Part shown: in pieces, positions 23,881-32,000 of the stretch
How the letters are laid out: each line of letters opens with the position of its first letter
Position numbering within the stretch: the stretch's first letter is position 1
NCBI RefSeq assembly: GCF_001412615.1
Contig: NZ_CP013011.1
Coordinates: forward strand, 1,500,001 to 1,532,000
Direction of reading: 5' to 3'
DNA: 32,000 bases
Source: Pyrodictium delaneyi
GTDB taxonomy: Archaea > Thermoproteota > Thermoprotei_A > Sulfolobales > Pyrodictiaceae
Made by a program: the position numbers and the translations under genes
Notes under the pieces: model-generated
What the model saw: only the letters and a program-made list of their open reading frames with translations
Database searches by the model: none
What the model was told of the DNA's origin: nothing

Positions 23881-25168
23881 GCATGGGGACTAGGCCGGGA
23901 TAGACTCCCAGCACGAGTAGAAGCAGCGAATACGCAAGGAGAGGGAGCCAGGGGACGTTGACGCCATGGGATACTTGATATCCACCCATTATCAAGTAAC
24001 GGAAGATGTAGACCGCTGATACTAGGAAGAAGATTGCCGATACTACTGCTAGCCAAGTGTATCCAGCTGCAGCGAATGCTGCTACTACTGAGAGTTTCGC
24101 GGCAAACCCATAGAGTGGCGGCGTCCCGGCTAGGCTGAGTAACCCCGTCACTTGTGCTATTTTGCCGATGCTTGTCTTTTCGTAACGGTGAGCAGTTATT
24201 ACCAGGGCTATGGACATGTTGCTAGCTGTTATGAAGTATATCGGGACTAGAGGGTCGCGTATACCAGATAGCGCGTAGACGACTGCGAGCAGGACAGTGT
24301 AGCCAGCGTCGCTCACCATACTGTAGCCTATCATGCGACGTAGCTCCTTCTGAGCTAGAGCAGAGAATTCGCCCACAACCATGCTCGCCATTGCTAGGAG
24401 GACAAGGAGCGCCGCGATTATTGGGCCGAGCAAGACTCCCGAGGAGGCTATCAGCTTGAAGAACACCAATAATACTGGAGCATCTACAAGTAGGATGGCA
24501 GTAACCACTCCGAGCAAGTGAGCGCCTTGGACTACATCGGGCAGCCACATATAGAATGGTGCAAGTCCGGCCTCAAGCGCCAGCCCCGCTGTGAGGAAGA
24601 CGAGGCCAAGGAGCACAGGGAGAGTCGCCCATGACACCCCTCCCAGGGGTGCTTCGGTAAAGCTGTGAAAGCCCTGACTGTAGAGTAGCCCCATGCCAAC
24701 AATTATGAGGGCTGTCGCCAGTATCGACGAGTAAAGGTACTTCACTGCAACTTCTCCACTACGCCGGCCTCCAAGACTATAGAGACCGGCTAAGGCGGCG
24801 GCAGCCGTCTCTATACCGGCGAGCAAGGTTAGTAGGCTAGCCGAGTAGAGCACGAGGAACCCGCCTAGAACGGCTAAGATAACTAGCGGTGCCCTCACCT
24901 TATCTAGCTCATCTACTAGACTGGCTAGGGCTAGTATCTCTGCCAGTAGGAGGAGTACCGCCATAGCATTATACTCCGTCGTCACGTATAGGATGTTTAG
25001 GCCAGCATACCTTACCATACCCTGGGGCAATACCCAAACAATTACCATCATGTAGATCATTGTGGCTAGTGTCGTGGCTGCTGCTGCACGGCGCGGAAGG
25101 ACAGCAGCGATAGCTGCGGCGGCTAGAGGAACGCCGGCTACCAGGGTTAGTAGCTGGTATACGTCCAT
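23867..25168 (-). CDS. nuoM: Antiporter-like subunit (NuoM/NuoN/MrpD family), divergent at conserved charged residues
   Basis: 433 aa and polytopic. LAGIETAAA is the TM5 Glu block. LALEAGLAPFYMWLPDVVQGA aligns with the NuoN block FK...PFH.W.PDVYQGA, but has Glu199 and Tyr206 where Lys and His are expected. Confidence 0.75.
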   Translation of the reverse strand: MDVYQLLTLVAGVPLAAAAIAAVLPRRAAAATTLATMIYMMVIVWVLPQGMVRYAGLNILYVTTEYNAMAVLLLLAEILALASLVDELDKVRAPLVILAVLGGFLVLYSASLLTLLAGIETAAAALAGLYSLGGRRSGEVAVKYLYSSILATALIIVGMGLLYSQGFHSFTEAPLGGVSWATLPVLLGLVFLTAGLALEAGLAPFYMWLPDVVQGAHLLGVVTAILLVDAPVLLVFFKLIASSGVLLGPIIAALLVLLAMASMVVGEFSALAQKELRRMIGYSMVSDAGYTVLLAVVYALSGIRDPLVPIYFITASNMSIALVITAHRYEKTSIGKIAQVTGLLSLAGTPPLYGFAAKLSVVAAFAAAGYTWLAVVSAIFFLVSAVYIFRYLIMGGYQVSHGVNVPWLPLLAYSLLLLVLGVYPGLVPMLGGG

Positions 25169-25170
25169 GG

Positions 25171-27018
25171 CTAACCACCCATACTTACCAGGGCGACTAT
25201 GATGAGTAGAACGAGACCGGCTAGATAGACTGCATAGTAGTAGCTCAGCTTACCACCGTGTAAGCTGCGTAGCATGCCTCCAAGCTGTAACGAGAACGAA
25301 GTAGCAGCATCAACAACGGCGTCAACGATTTCTACGAGACCTCTAGCCGATAGATTCACAGCAAACAGTATCGAGGGCGCTATTATCCTTGTGTAGATCC
25401 TGTCTATGTAGAAGCCCTCTAGTGCTGCACGCTGTAGAGCCGCTAGCCTAAGGGTTGCCACTTTACGGGTGTACAACAAGAATGCCGTCCCAAGACCAGC
25501 AGCTGCAGCAGCGAGGCTAGCAGCTACCGCTAATGGCCCAGCTTCGCTCGGCTGGAAGGGTGGTACGACTAGGAGGGGCGAGACTAGAGTCATCACTATC
25601 AAGAATAGAAGTGGAGCAGCCATAAATGCTGGTATCTCCTCTACCCTTATCTCCTTGTACCTTGGCTCTGCGAAGACGAGATAGTAGACGAGCTTCACCG
25701 AATAGAACGCCGTGGCCACCGACGCTGCTAGGAGAACTAGTGCCACGAGAGGCTCAGTTGATAAGGCTACTCCTATTATCGCCTCTTTACTCCATGCACC
25801 GTTGAAAGGCGGTATACCGGCTAGCGCTGCCGCCCCTGCTACTAGGCTTGCAGCGAGGAGTGGACTACGCCGGGCAGCACCTGCCACATAGCGCATATCC
25901 CTTGCAATCTCTGGACCAAAGATGGGCTCAAACTCGTGTATAACGACACCTACGGCTAGGAATAGAAGGGCCTTGAACACGGCGTGACTAGCTACATGCT
26001 CTAACACTGCTACGAGACCCTCTACGCCTACTCTCCACGTGAGCCCTAACGCTGCAAACATGAAACCTAGCTGGCTTATAGTCGAGTAGGCTAGCAGCCT
26101 CTTTGCGTCATACTGTGCTGCTGCCGAGACGGCTGCATAAAGGGCCGTAGCTGCACCCACAAGCACTACCAGCTGCATGAAGCTCTGGGGCAGAGCGACG
26201 CTACCGCCTATGAGGGCAAGAGAGGCAATCCTTAGAACAAGGTAGATACCCGCCTTGACCATTGTGGCCGCGTGTATCAGCGCCGAGACAGGAGTAGGGC
26301 CCTCCATGGCGTCGGGGAGCCAGACATGCAGCGGCAGCTGCGCACTCTTCGCCACCGCCCCGACAAAGGCTAGCAAGAGGAACAACTTTAGAGCAGCCAG
26401 ACCAGATGCTGCGAGTACGGGGTACTCGACCGAGCCGAGAATAGTATAGACATAGACTATGCCTACTAGGAGGGCTGTGTCGCCTATCCTTGTGGTCAGG
26501 AAAGCCTTGACGCCAGCTGCTGAGGCGCGTGGCGAGTAGTAATGTGCTATCAATGCAAAGCTACAGAGCCCGACCATCTCCCAGAACATGTAAAGGGCTA
26601 CTAGGCTACCAGTCAGCACAAGACCCTCCATTGCGCCGAGGAAGAGTACCAGAAGGCTATAGTACCGCGAGTACCCCGGATCCTCAGCCATGTAGCTGTA
26701 CGAGTACAATATCACTAGGAGGCCCACGAGGCCTACTATCAGCGAGAAGAGCGCCGCGAGCCCGTCGATATAGAGCGAGAGGCTAAACCCACCACCCGGA
26801 ACCAAGGGGAGACTAGGCCCTTCTATATAGAAGGCTGTTTCGGGAGCCTTGCTGTAGATTAGCAGTGCGAGCATCAGTACAGTAGAGCCCGTGGCTAGCG
26901 CGAGGCCCCATGCAGCGCGGCGGCCGAGGAAGCGTCCCGCCAGGGCTACGACTGGGGATGCTGCGAGAGGTGTCAGTATAATCGCGTAGCCTAGAGTAGT
27001 CAAGCTAGCCGTTTCCAT
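25171..27018 (-). CDS. nuoL: NuoL/MrpA-like antiporter subunit with a C-terminal lateral-helix extension
   Basis: 615 aa. AVAKSAQLPLHVWLPDAMEGPTPVSALIHAATMVKAGIYLVLR is the canonical NuoL/MrpA block. The C-terminal GFYIDRIY...VEIVDAVVDAA amphipathic stretch plus a final TM helix resembles the NuoL HL helix and TM16. Confidence 0.88.
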   Translation of the reverse strand: METASLTTLGYAIILTPLAASPVVALAGRFLGRRAAWGLALATGSTVLMLALLIYSKAPETAFYIEGPSLPLVPGGGFSLSLYIDGLAALFSLIVGLVGLLVILYSYSYMAEDPGYSRYYSLLVLFLGAMEGLVLTGSLVALYMFWEMVGLCSFALIAHYYSPRASAAGVKAFLTTRIGDTALLVGIVYVYTILGSVEYPVLAASGLAALKLFLLLAFVGAVAKSAQLPLHVWLPDAMEGPTPVSALIHAATMVKAGIYLVLRIASLALIGGSVALPQSFMQLVVLVGAATALYAAVSAAAQYDAKRLLAYSTISQLGFMFAALGLTWRVGVEGLVAVLEHVASHAVFKALLFLAVGVVIHEFEPIFGPEIARDMRYVAGAARRSPLLAASLVAGAAALAGIPPFNGAWSKEAIIGVALSTEPLVALVLLAASVATAFYSVKLVYYLVFAEPRYKEIRVEEIPAFMAAPLLFLIVMTLVSPLLVVPPFQPSEAGPLAVAASLAAAAAGLGTAFLLYTRKVATLRLAALQRAALEGFYIDRIYTRIIAPSILFAVNLSARGLVEIVDAVVDAATSFSLQLGGMLRSLHGGKLSYYYAVYLAGLVLLIIVALVSMGG

Positions 27019-27021
27019 AGT

Positions 27022-27315
27022 CTACCCCCTTAGTTCGTCTAACTCGTCCACACTCCTAGCCCCATGGAGCCTTGAGGCGCGGAGGGCGAGCGCAGCTGCT
27101 AGGGCCATTATACCGGTGTCGAGAACTAGTATGAAGAGGTAGAAGCCTAGGCTACCACCCCACATGGCGAGGGATGCTGCTGCAGAAGCCGACACAAGTT
27201 CGAGGCCGACCAGTACGCGGAGAAAGTTAGAGTACCGAGTGAGCATGTAGAGGCCTGCAGAGGCTATAGCTGCTAGTGCTATTGAGTAGAATATGCTAGT
27301 CTCCACCGTCTTCAC
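27022..27315 (-). CDS. nuoK: NuoK-like small membrane subunit
   Basis: 97 aa with three TM helices. LVGLELVSASAAASLA resembles the NuoK L.slEim.na block with its membrane Glu. It sits between the J-like and L-like genes. Confidence 0.7.
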   Translation of the reverse strand: MKTVETSIFYSIALAAIASAGLYMLTRYSNFLRVLVGLELVSASAAASLAMWGGSLGFYLFILVLDTGIMALAAALALRASRLHGARSVDELDELRG

Positions 27316-27730
27316 CTCCCGCCACGACTCTTAACGCTAGCAACACTGAGGCTAGCGGAGCAGATGCCAGGGCTACTGCTAGAGGAGCCCATTCCTCTGC
27401 ACTGAGCTCCCGGGGCTGCTGTATATGAGAGCCAGCGATGGCTAGGGCTACGAGCACCACGAGTGCACCTATAGCCCCCATACCCGGGACGACGCCCCGC
27501 TTCGAGCCGCCCAACTCGGGAGCCAGGAAGCCTGCAGCTGCTAGAAACCCGGCTGCGAGTGAGAGCTGTACAACGGCTGCAACAACTTCGCCCATATCAA
27601 TAAACATTAACGCGAGGAGCACCAGAGCTGCGGTGGAGGAGAGTAACACTCGCTCGTCTCGCCCCGTGGTGGCAGCATAGAACGCCGCTACAGCCGCCGC
27701 AGCTGCTAGTACTCCTGCGAAGATACTCAC
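27296..27730 (-). CDS. nuoJ: NuoJ-like membrane subunit
   Basis: 144 aa and hydrophobic. GEVVAAVVQLSLAAGFL loosely matches the NuoJ F.a..Q..vY.GA block. The call rests largely on the canonical H-J-K-L gene order. Confidence 0.55.
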   Translation of the reverse strand: MSIFAGVLAAAAAVAAFYAATTGRDERVLLSSTAALVLLALMFIDMGEVVAAVVQLSLAAGFLAAAGFLAPELGGSKRGVVPGMGAIGALVVLVALAIAGSHIQQPRELSAEEWAPLAVALASAPLASVLLALRVVAGGEDGGD

Positions 27731-27737
27731 TCTGTTA

Positions 27738-28694
27738 TCACCCCTTAACTATTAGTGCTAGAGCCGCAATTATGAAGGAGCATGGCACTATGGCAGTCCA
27801 TGAGGCTCTCCCCACGTCTACGAGCCGTAGCCTCGGAGCTGCTGCATCTACTAGTGTAGCAGCAATGGCAACTGCTAGCCCTGTCCCCAGGAGCGCAAGG
27901 AGCCCTGCTATGCCGCTCCAGGGCGGCGCGAGGAACAGCGTCGTGTAGTAGTATAGCGAGACAGTCTCGTGGATACGATGCGTCAAGTGTGCAAACGCGA
28001 GGCGACGACCACTCATATCCGCCATTAAGCCACCTGCAATCTCGGTCTCAGCCTCTGCCACGCTAAACGGGTCCTTGCCTGCCTCGGCTAGGATCAGCAC
28101 GAAGCCTAGCACAGCCCCCGCTAGCCACAACGGCAAGAACACCGGCTCAGCAGCTAGGCTGCTCCACAGTGTCCTCCTTATCTCCGCGAGCGAGAGCGAG
28201 CCTGTAACAGCATAGACTATACCAAGCAGGGAGAGGAGAGCAACTTCATAGCTTGCTAGGAGCCCTAGCAGACGGAACCCACCAATGACACTATAAGGGC
28301 TATGAGTCGAGAAGGCTGCCAGGTAGAGGAGGCCAAGCGAGAGGGTTAAACACGCCGCAACGAGCACTGCATCGCCATGAAAGCTAAAGCCTATAGCACC
28401 GCTCCAGGGGATGAAAAGCGAGGCAAACGCGGCTAGGCTTAGACTCCATATCAGCGCTGCTGGCACTGCAACCGGGTCCTGGCTCCGGGGCGCAAGATCC
28501 TCCTTACCCAGCAGCTTCAAGAGGTCTATGAGCGGCTGTAGTAAACCTCCTAATCCAGTATAGCTAGGACCTATACGGCTCTGCAGCCTGGCTACAACTT
28601 TACGCTCAACAGCTTCGAGCAACAGCGCTAGCGCTACCACGAACGTTAGGCCAGGGTATACAGTAGCCTTCACGACCAGGTCTAGGGGATTCAT
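27738..28694 (-). CDS. nuoH: NuoH/MbhM-like membrane subunit
   Basis: ERKVVARLQSRIGPSYTGLGGLLQPLIDLLKLLGKED matches the NuoH ERK..a..Q.R.GPN..G..GLLQP.aD..KL..KE block. PFSVAEAETEIAGG matches PFD.pEaEsEL. ATGA overlap with the upstream gene. Confidence 0.88.
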   Translation of the reverse strand: MNPLDLVVKATVYPGLTFVVALALLLEAVERKVVARLQSRIGPSYTGLGGLLQPLIDLLKLLGKEDLAPRSQDPVAVPAALIWSLSLAAFASLFIPWSGAIGFSFHGDAVLVAACLTLSLGLLYLAAFSTHSPYSVIGGFRLLGLLASYEVALLSLLGIVYAVTGSLSLAEIRRTLWSSLAAEPVFLPLWLAGAVLGFVLILAEAGKDPFSVAEAETEIAGGLMADMSGRRLAFAHLTHRIHETVSLYYYTTLFLAPPWSGIAGLLALLGTGLAVAIAATLVDAAAPRLRLVDVGRASWTAIVPCSFIIAALALIVKG

Positions 28695-29014
28695 AACGTG
28701 TGTCTCCTCTTGAGTATACTACGGGCAGTTATGGCCGAGAAGACGCCGGCAACCATAAAGAGGAGAGCCGATACGTTGCTAGAACCACCAGCTAGTAGTA
28801 CTGCTACGGGCACTGCTTCCACCGCTGCAAAGAGGAGTAGCAGCCAAGGGTATGGCGGCGATGCTTCTCGAAGAGGCTCTGTCTTTTCTCCACACATGTA
28901 GGGCTCTACTGCTTCTCCTTCTCTACGTGGAGCTGGTGCCAAACTTTTTGATGCAAGATAGTAGCTCGCCGATACAACCATTATTAGTACAAATGCAATG
29001 ACCAGCTCTATCAT
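28691..29014 (-). CDS. nuoA: NuoA-like small membrane subunit; first gene of the operon
   Basis: 107 aa with three TM helices. EPYMCGEKTEP matches the NuoA PYECG..P loop, followed by LLLFAAVEAVPV (compare F.lFDvE). Confidence 0.65.
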   Translation of the reverse strand: MIELVIAFVLIMVVSASYYLASKSLAPAPRREGEAVEPYMCGEKTEPLREASPPYPWLLLLFAAVEAVPVAVLLAGGSSNVSALLFMVAGVFSAITARSILKRRHTL

Positions 29015-29290
29015 CCTTTGTACACCATGACTCCAAGCGCCTAGTTATCCTCGCTAGAGCATTACTCCGATTTAGCTGGATATCCATTGTTAATTACGAT
29101 TGATACGCTGTATTTAGTGCTAGACCGCTAGAGTACGGGCCCCGACACAAGCTCACGAGAATATGATTAGTCAACATATAATAGGCCCGAAACTCGTAGA
29201 GCTCAAGTCTCCGAGGACTAAATTTGCTAGTGATACGCCAGCCCCTAGAGCCAGGGATAAGTGAGAGAACAAGTGTGGTAGGGATCAATC

Positions 29291-30901
29291 GTGCCACCGA
29301 GGATAGCACTTGTAACAGGTAAGCGGGCCAGGAATAGGGTAGAGAGCGTTGTCTCCGATATACGTAGAGCCACCGGATGGACTATAGATGTCGTCGAAGC
29401 ACCCATTGATGTGGCATCGTTGATACCTCGGGACATACTGGAGGATATACTTAGGGGCTTAAGGGGCAGGTATGACCTCATTATAGTTCCCGGCACCCTT
29501 AGCTATAGCCTCGATGGACTTGAAGAGGCTGCCGGAGCCCCCGTGGTCCGAGGACCACCGGATCCGGAGAGCTTGAGGCTGATAGCCGAGCTAGGCGAAG
29601 ATGGGCTCCAGAGGCTGGCAGAGCAAGGAAGTCTCAGCCCCTCACTCATGCTGGATAAGTGGCTCGAAGAGCTGCGTAGACATCACCTATCCACGCCCAG
29701 TGTCGAGGTCTGCAGCGTCCGTGTACCCGTGAGGCCTCCACCCATCGTGGTGGCTGCCGAAGTTTTTGTCCGACAAGGTATATCGGCCGAGGATATAGCT
29801 GGCAGGGCCGAAGAGCTGCTGGGGCGCGGCGCTGACATTATTGTAGCCGGGTTTGGACAGAGTTGGGAACGCGAAGAGGCTCTACGGGTACTACGTGTAC
29901 TCGTGGACAGAATCGGGCCCGTGGCACTTGACACGCCTGATAAAGTTTTAGCACGCGATGCTGCACGGGAAGGACTTAACTGCCTCACGCTATCGCTTAG
30001 CGAGGGTGACCCACTCTTTAATGAACTGCCTCGTGGCAGCCAGGTTGTCGTCATACCTCTAGATTCCTCGTTCAATGTCCCTAGGAGCGTGAGCAAGAGA
30101 GTAGAGCTTCTAGAGCGTCTCGTAAAGCGTGCACAGCAGAAGGGCCTCGTACCCATAGCCGATCCTATGGTTGACCCACCGGGATGGGGACTTGCAAGGA
30201 GCGTAGCAGCTTACCTTGAGGCTTCTGAGAGGCTCCCCGAGACGCCGCTGCTAGCTGGCATAGCTAACGCTTACGAGCTGATAGACGCTGATAGCCACGG
30301 CCAGGTGGCTGTGTTGACACAGTTGTTCGCCGAGGCCGGCGCCTCGTTGATGCTAGTCACCGAGGAGAGTAGGAAGACCGTTATGGCGACCACAGAGGCA
30401 GCCATAGCGGCAACCATGACTAGCGTATCTCTACTGAAGAATAGGTGGCCGAAGGACTTAGGTATAGACTTGCTCTACGCCAAGGAGAAGAGACCTAGCG
30501 GAGACCAACCCCGGCTGCCCAGGCGCCCCCGACTATCCCTAGACGCCAATACCCTAGCAGCCTGGTACGGGTTCCGTCAGGACCGCACTGGCAGCCACCT
30601 CATAGTAGTCGAAGGCGACACTATAAGAGACGTGTATATCGGGAGGAGGGGCGTCATAGAGCTGCGGGGCAGCAACGGCCGAGATCTCTACAAGGCTGTA
30701 GCCTATCTTGGACTCGCCAGCGAGCCTAGTCATTACGCTTATCTGGGCTACGAGTTGTGCCGCGCAGAGCTAGCAGCAATCATGAAGAGGAGCTATGTAC
30801 AGGACGAGCCGCTCCTAACGCCACCGTGGATGCGATGTAGCTGGTATAGTGCTAGAGCCATGAGCCCCATTAAACCTATAGGACAAAGAGAGAAAAGATG
30901 A
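29291..30901 (+). CDS. Dihydropteroate-synthase-like (pterin-binding) multidomain protein, archaeal type
   Basis: 536 aa with a GTG start. The N-terminal RIALVTGKRA...YDLIIVPG domain, a central TIM-like region with RGADIIVAGFG, and the C-terminal YAYLGYELCRAELA block resemble my recollection of the archaeal DHPS-related family (TIGR00284-type, DUF4346 C-terminus). This was not verified. Confidence 0.4.
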   Translation: MPPRIALVTGKRARNRVESVVSDIRRATGWTIDVVEAPIDVASLIPRDILEDILRGLRGRYDLIIVPGTLSYSLDGLEEAAGAPVVRGPPDPESLRLIAELGEDGLQRLAEQGSLSPSLMLDKWLEELRRHHLSTPSVEVCSVRVPVRPPPIVVAAEVFVRQGISAEDIAGRAEELLGRGADIIVAGFGQSWEREEALRVLRVLVDRIGPVALDTPDKVLARDAAREGLNCLTLSLSEGDPLFNELPRGSQVVVIPLDSSFNVPRSVSKRVELLERLVKRAQQKGLVPIADPMVDPPGWGLARSVAAYLEASERLPETPLLAGIANAYELIDADSHGQVAVLTQLFAEAGASLMLVTEESRKTVMATTEAAIAATMTSVSLLKNRWPKDLGIDLLYAKEKRPSGDQPRLPRRPRLSLDANTLAAWYGFRQDRTGSHLIVVEGDTIRDVYIGRRGVIELRGSNGRDLYKAVAYLGLASEPSHYAYLGYELCRAELAAIMKRSYVQDEPLLTPPWMRCSWYSARAMSPIKPIGQREKR

Positions 30902-30921
30902 GGGATGGCAGGAGCCAGAGG

Positions 30922-31185
30922 CTAGCCCTGCTGCGCCTCTGCAGCCTCTGTAGCTGGCTTAATTACGAGACTGCGGCCTTTCCACTCGTAGCGCCCAGCC
31001 TTTAGTGCCTCGAGTATCTCGCGGGCCTTCTTGTCGTTAGGATGCTTGCGTAGGTGGCGTTCGAGCCTCTTTATGAGACGTAGCTTCCGGCTCATAGCCT
31101 TCCACCCAGGTCTAGGCGGCAGAGTGTTAGCCGGGGCGGCATAAACACTACCCTCTCCCCTGGGGCTGTGAGGACGCGTTCCCAC
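30922..31185 (-). CDS. Small basic hypothetical protein
   Basis: GTG-start ORF of 87 aa. An internal ATG at 31095 would give the 57-aa Lys/Arg-rich MSRKLRLIKRLERHLRKHPNDKKAREILEALKAG.... No family recognised. Confidence 0.35.
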   Translation of the reverse strand: MGTRPHSPRGEGSVYAAPANTLPPRPGWKAMSRKLRLIKRLERHLRKHPNDKKAREILEALKAGRYEWKGRSLVIKPATEAAEAQQG

Positions 31186-31221
31186 GAAGGACTGTCCGGT
31201 TGCGGCCTAGGCCCCTTGGAA

Positions 31222-31989
31222 CTATGGGGCCGGTGGCCGTAACCCCCCTTCGCCGAGCCCGCCTTCCGCTAGCCGCCTCCTAGTAGCCACTACCATGTCC
31301 GGGTAGTCTGTCGCTATCCCATCCACGCCCCGTTTCGCCAGCTCTAGTACCCAATGTTCCTCGTTGACAGTCCAGGCCACTACGCGTAGGCCTAGCCGAT
31401 GAGCCAGCCCCACCGCCTTGGCCGTAGCTAGGGGGTATCTCGGGAGCACTATACGGCAGCCCAGTTTGCGGCAATCGAGTATCCTTCCAGGCGGCCGGAA
31501 GTAGATGATACCCGTGGGCAACCCTGGCTCGAGCCGACGCGCCGCGTGGAGGACATCATCATGGAAGCTTATCAATGCGGCCATGTCTAGGGCGTTCTCC
31601 TTCCTCAAGACCTCTATTATCCTACTTGTGTCTCTCGGCTCCTTGACCTCTAGGAAGAGGAGTATTCGGCCACGCGCCTCCTCTATGATTTCCTCAAGCG
31701 TCGGCGGTGCTTCGCCTCCTCCTAGATCTATGCTCTTTACCTCAGCTAGGCTAGCCTTCCTGACATCGATTGTTCTGCCACCGTTGCTGCGTAGTACTGG
31801 GTCATGGGAGGCAACGACAGCACCGTCACCGGTTACCTGTAGGTCGAACTCCGCTATATCCGCTCCCACCTCTACAGCCTTACGGAGCGCGGCTAGGGTG
31901 TTCTCGGGGGCTAGGCCACGGGCACCACGATGCCCAATTACGGCGAAGGGCCTACGGCTCAACATCTCTAGAACCGGGTGCAGCAGCAT
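31222..31989 (-). CDS. Glycerophosphodiester phosphodiesterase (GDPD family)
   Basis: VIGHRGARGLAPENTLAALRKAVEVGADIAEFDLQVTGDGAVVASHD carries the HRG...ENT...E.D....D....HD signature. WTVN lies near the C-terminus. Confidence 0.85.
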   Translation of the reverse strand: MLLHPVLEMLSRRPFAVIGHRGARGLAPENTLAALRKAVEVGADIAEFDLQVTGDGAVVASHDPVLRSNGGRTIDVRKASLAEVKSIDLGGGEAPPTLEEIIEEARGRILLFLEVKEPRDTSRIIEVLRKENALDMAALISFHDDVLHAARRLEPGLPTGIIYFRPPGRILDCRKLGCRIVLPRYPLATAKAVGLAHRLGLRVVAWTVNEEHWVLELAKRGVDGIATDYPDMVVATRRRLAEGGLGEGGLRPPAP

Positions 31990-32000
31990 CCACCCCTCCA

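Noticed and set aside
7239-29014. Idea that the FDH and the membrane hydrogenase together form a formate hydrogenlyase-like system.
   Set aside because: The FDH alpha subunit has a Tat signal. The beta subunit has a TM anchor and there is a dedicated cytochrome b, which is the outward-facing, quinone-reducing FDH-N architecture. FHL-type FDHs are cytoplasmic and encoded within the hydrogenase cluster. The two loci here are on opposite strands and about 7 kb apart.
30922-31185. Small basic protein considered as a ribosomal protein, since its N-terminus MSRKLRLIK resembles L39e.
   Set aside because: The similarity is limited to a few N-terminal residues. The remainder does not match the L39e pattern as I remember it (..NRRVP.W...KT..). 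It is kept as hypothetical.
1-32000. Scan for CRISPR arrays, IS/transposase or integrase genes, toxin-antitoxin pairs, restriction or other defence genes, and long direct repeats.
   Set aside because: None seen. All large ORFs have housekeeping, respiratory or cofactor assignments, and no repeat-spacer periodicity or terminal inverted repeats were noticed.

Overview
This is a densely coding chromosomal window of about 55% GC. I infer an archaeal origin, probably a hyperthermophilic crenarchaeon (Desulfurococcales/Pyrodictiaceae-like). The grounds are a form III RuBisCO, an archaeal CTP-type riboflavin kinase, an archaeal-type phosphoglycolate phosphatase, TATA-like promoters and GGTGATC-type Shine-Dalgarno (SD) sites inside operons.

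Plus strand, 10-17866:
- rbcL (form III).
- A secreted C25/gingipain-like surface protein.
- A HAD phosphatase.
- A small membrane protein.
- A ribK-mobA cofactor gene pair.
- A striking ~245 bp AT-rich control region.
- A complete Tat-exported FDH-N-type formate dehydrogenase locus (fdnG-H-I, an fdhD-like gene, fdhE and an extra Zn-ribbon protein).
- A CoA-disulfide-reductase/NADH-oxidase family flavoprotein.
- A phosphoribosyltransferase.

Minus strand, 17853-29014:
- A PAP2 phosphatase translationally coupled to an acyl-CoA-dehydrogenase-like gene.
- An 11-gene respiratory operon ordered nuoA-H-J-K-L-M-N | B-C-D-I.

Main finding: the 11-gene operon has the full complex-I core subunit set without the NADH module (no NuoEFG homologue lies in or beside the operon). 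Its NuoD homologue nevertheless keeps all four [NiFe]-binding cysteines and a HycE-like C-terminal tail, and its NuoB homologue has the hydrogenase-type CxxC. It therefore looks like a genuine group-4 [NiFe] hydrogenase mounted on a complex-I-type membrane arm with three antiporter-like subunits.

The right end holds a dihydropteroate-synthase-like protein, a small basic protein and a glycerophosphodiester phosphodiesterase. I found no rRNA, tRNA, CRISPR array or mobile element. All protein family calls come from motif recognition by eye, with no database searches.
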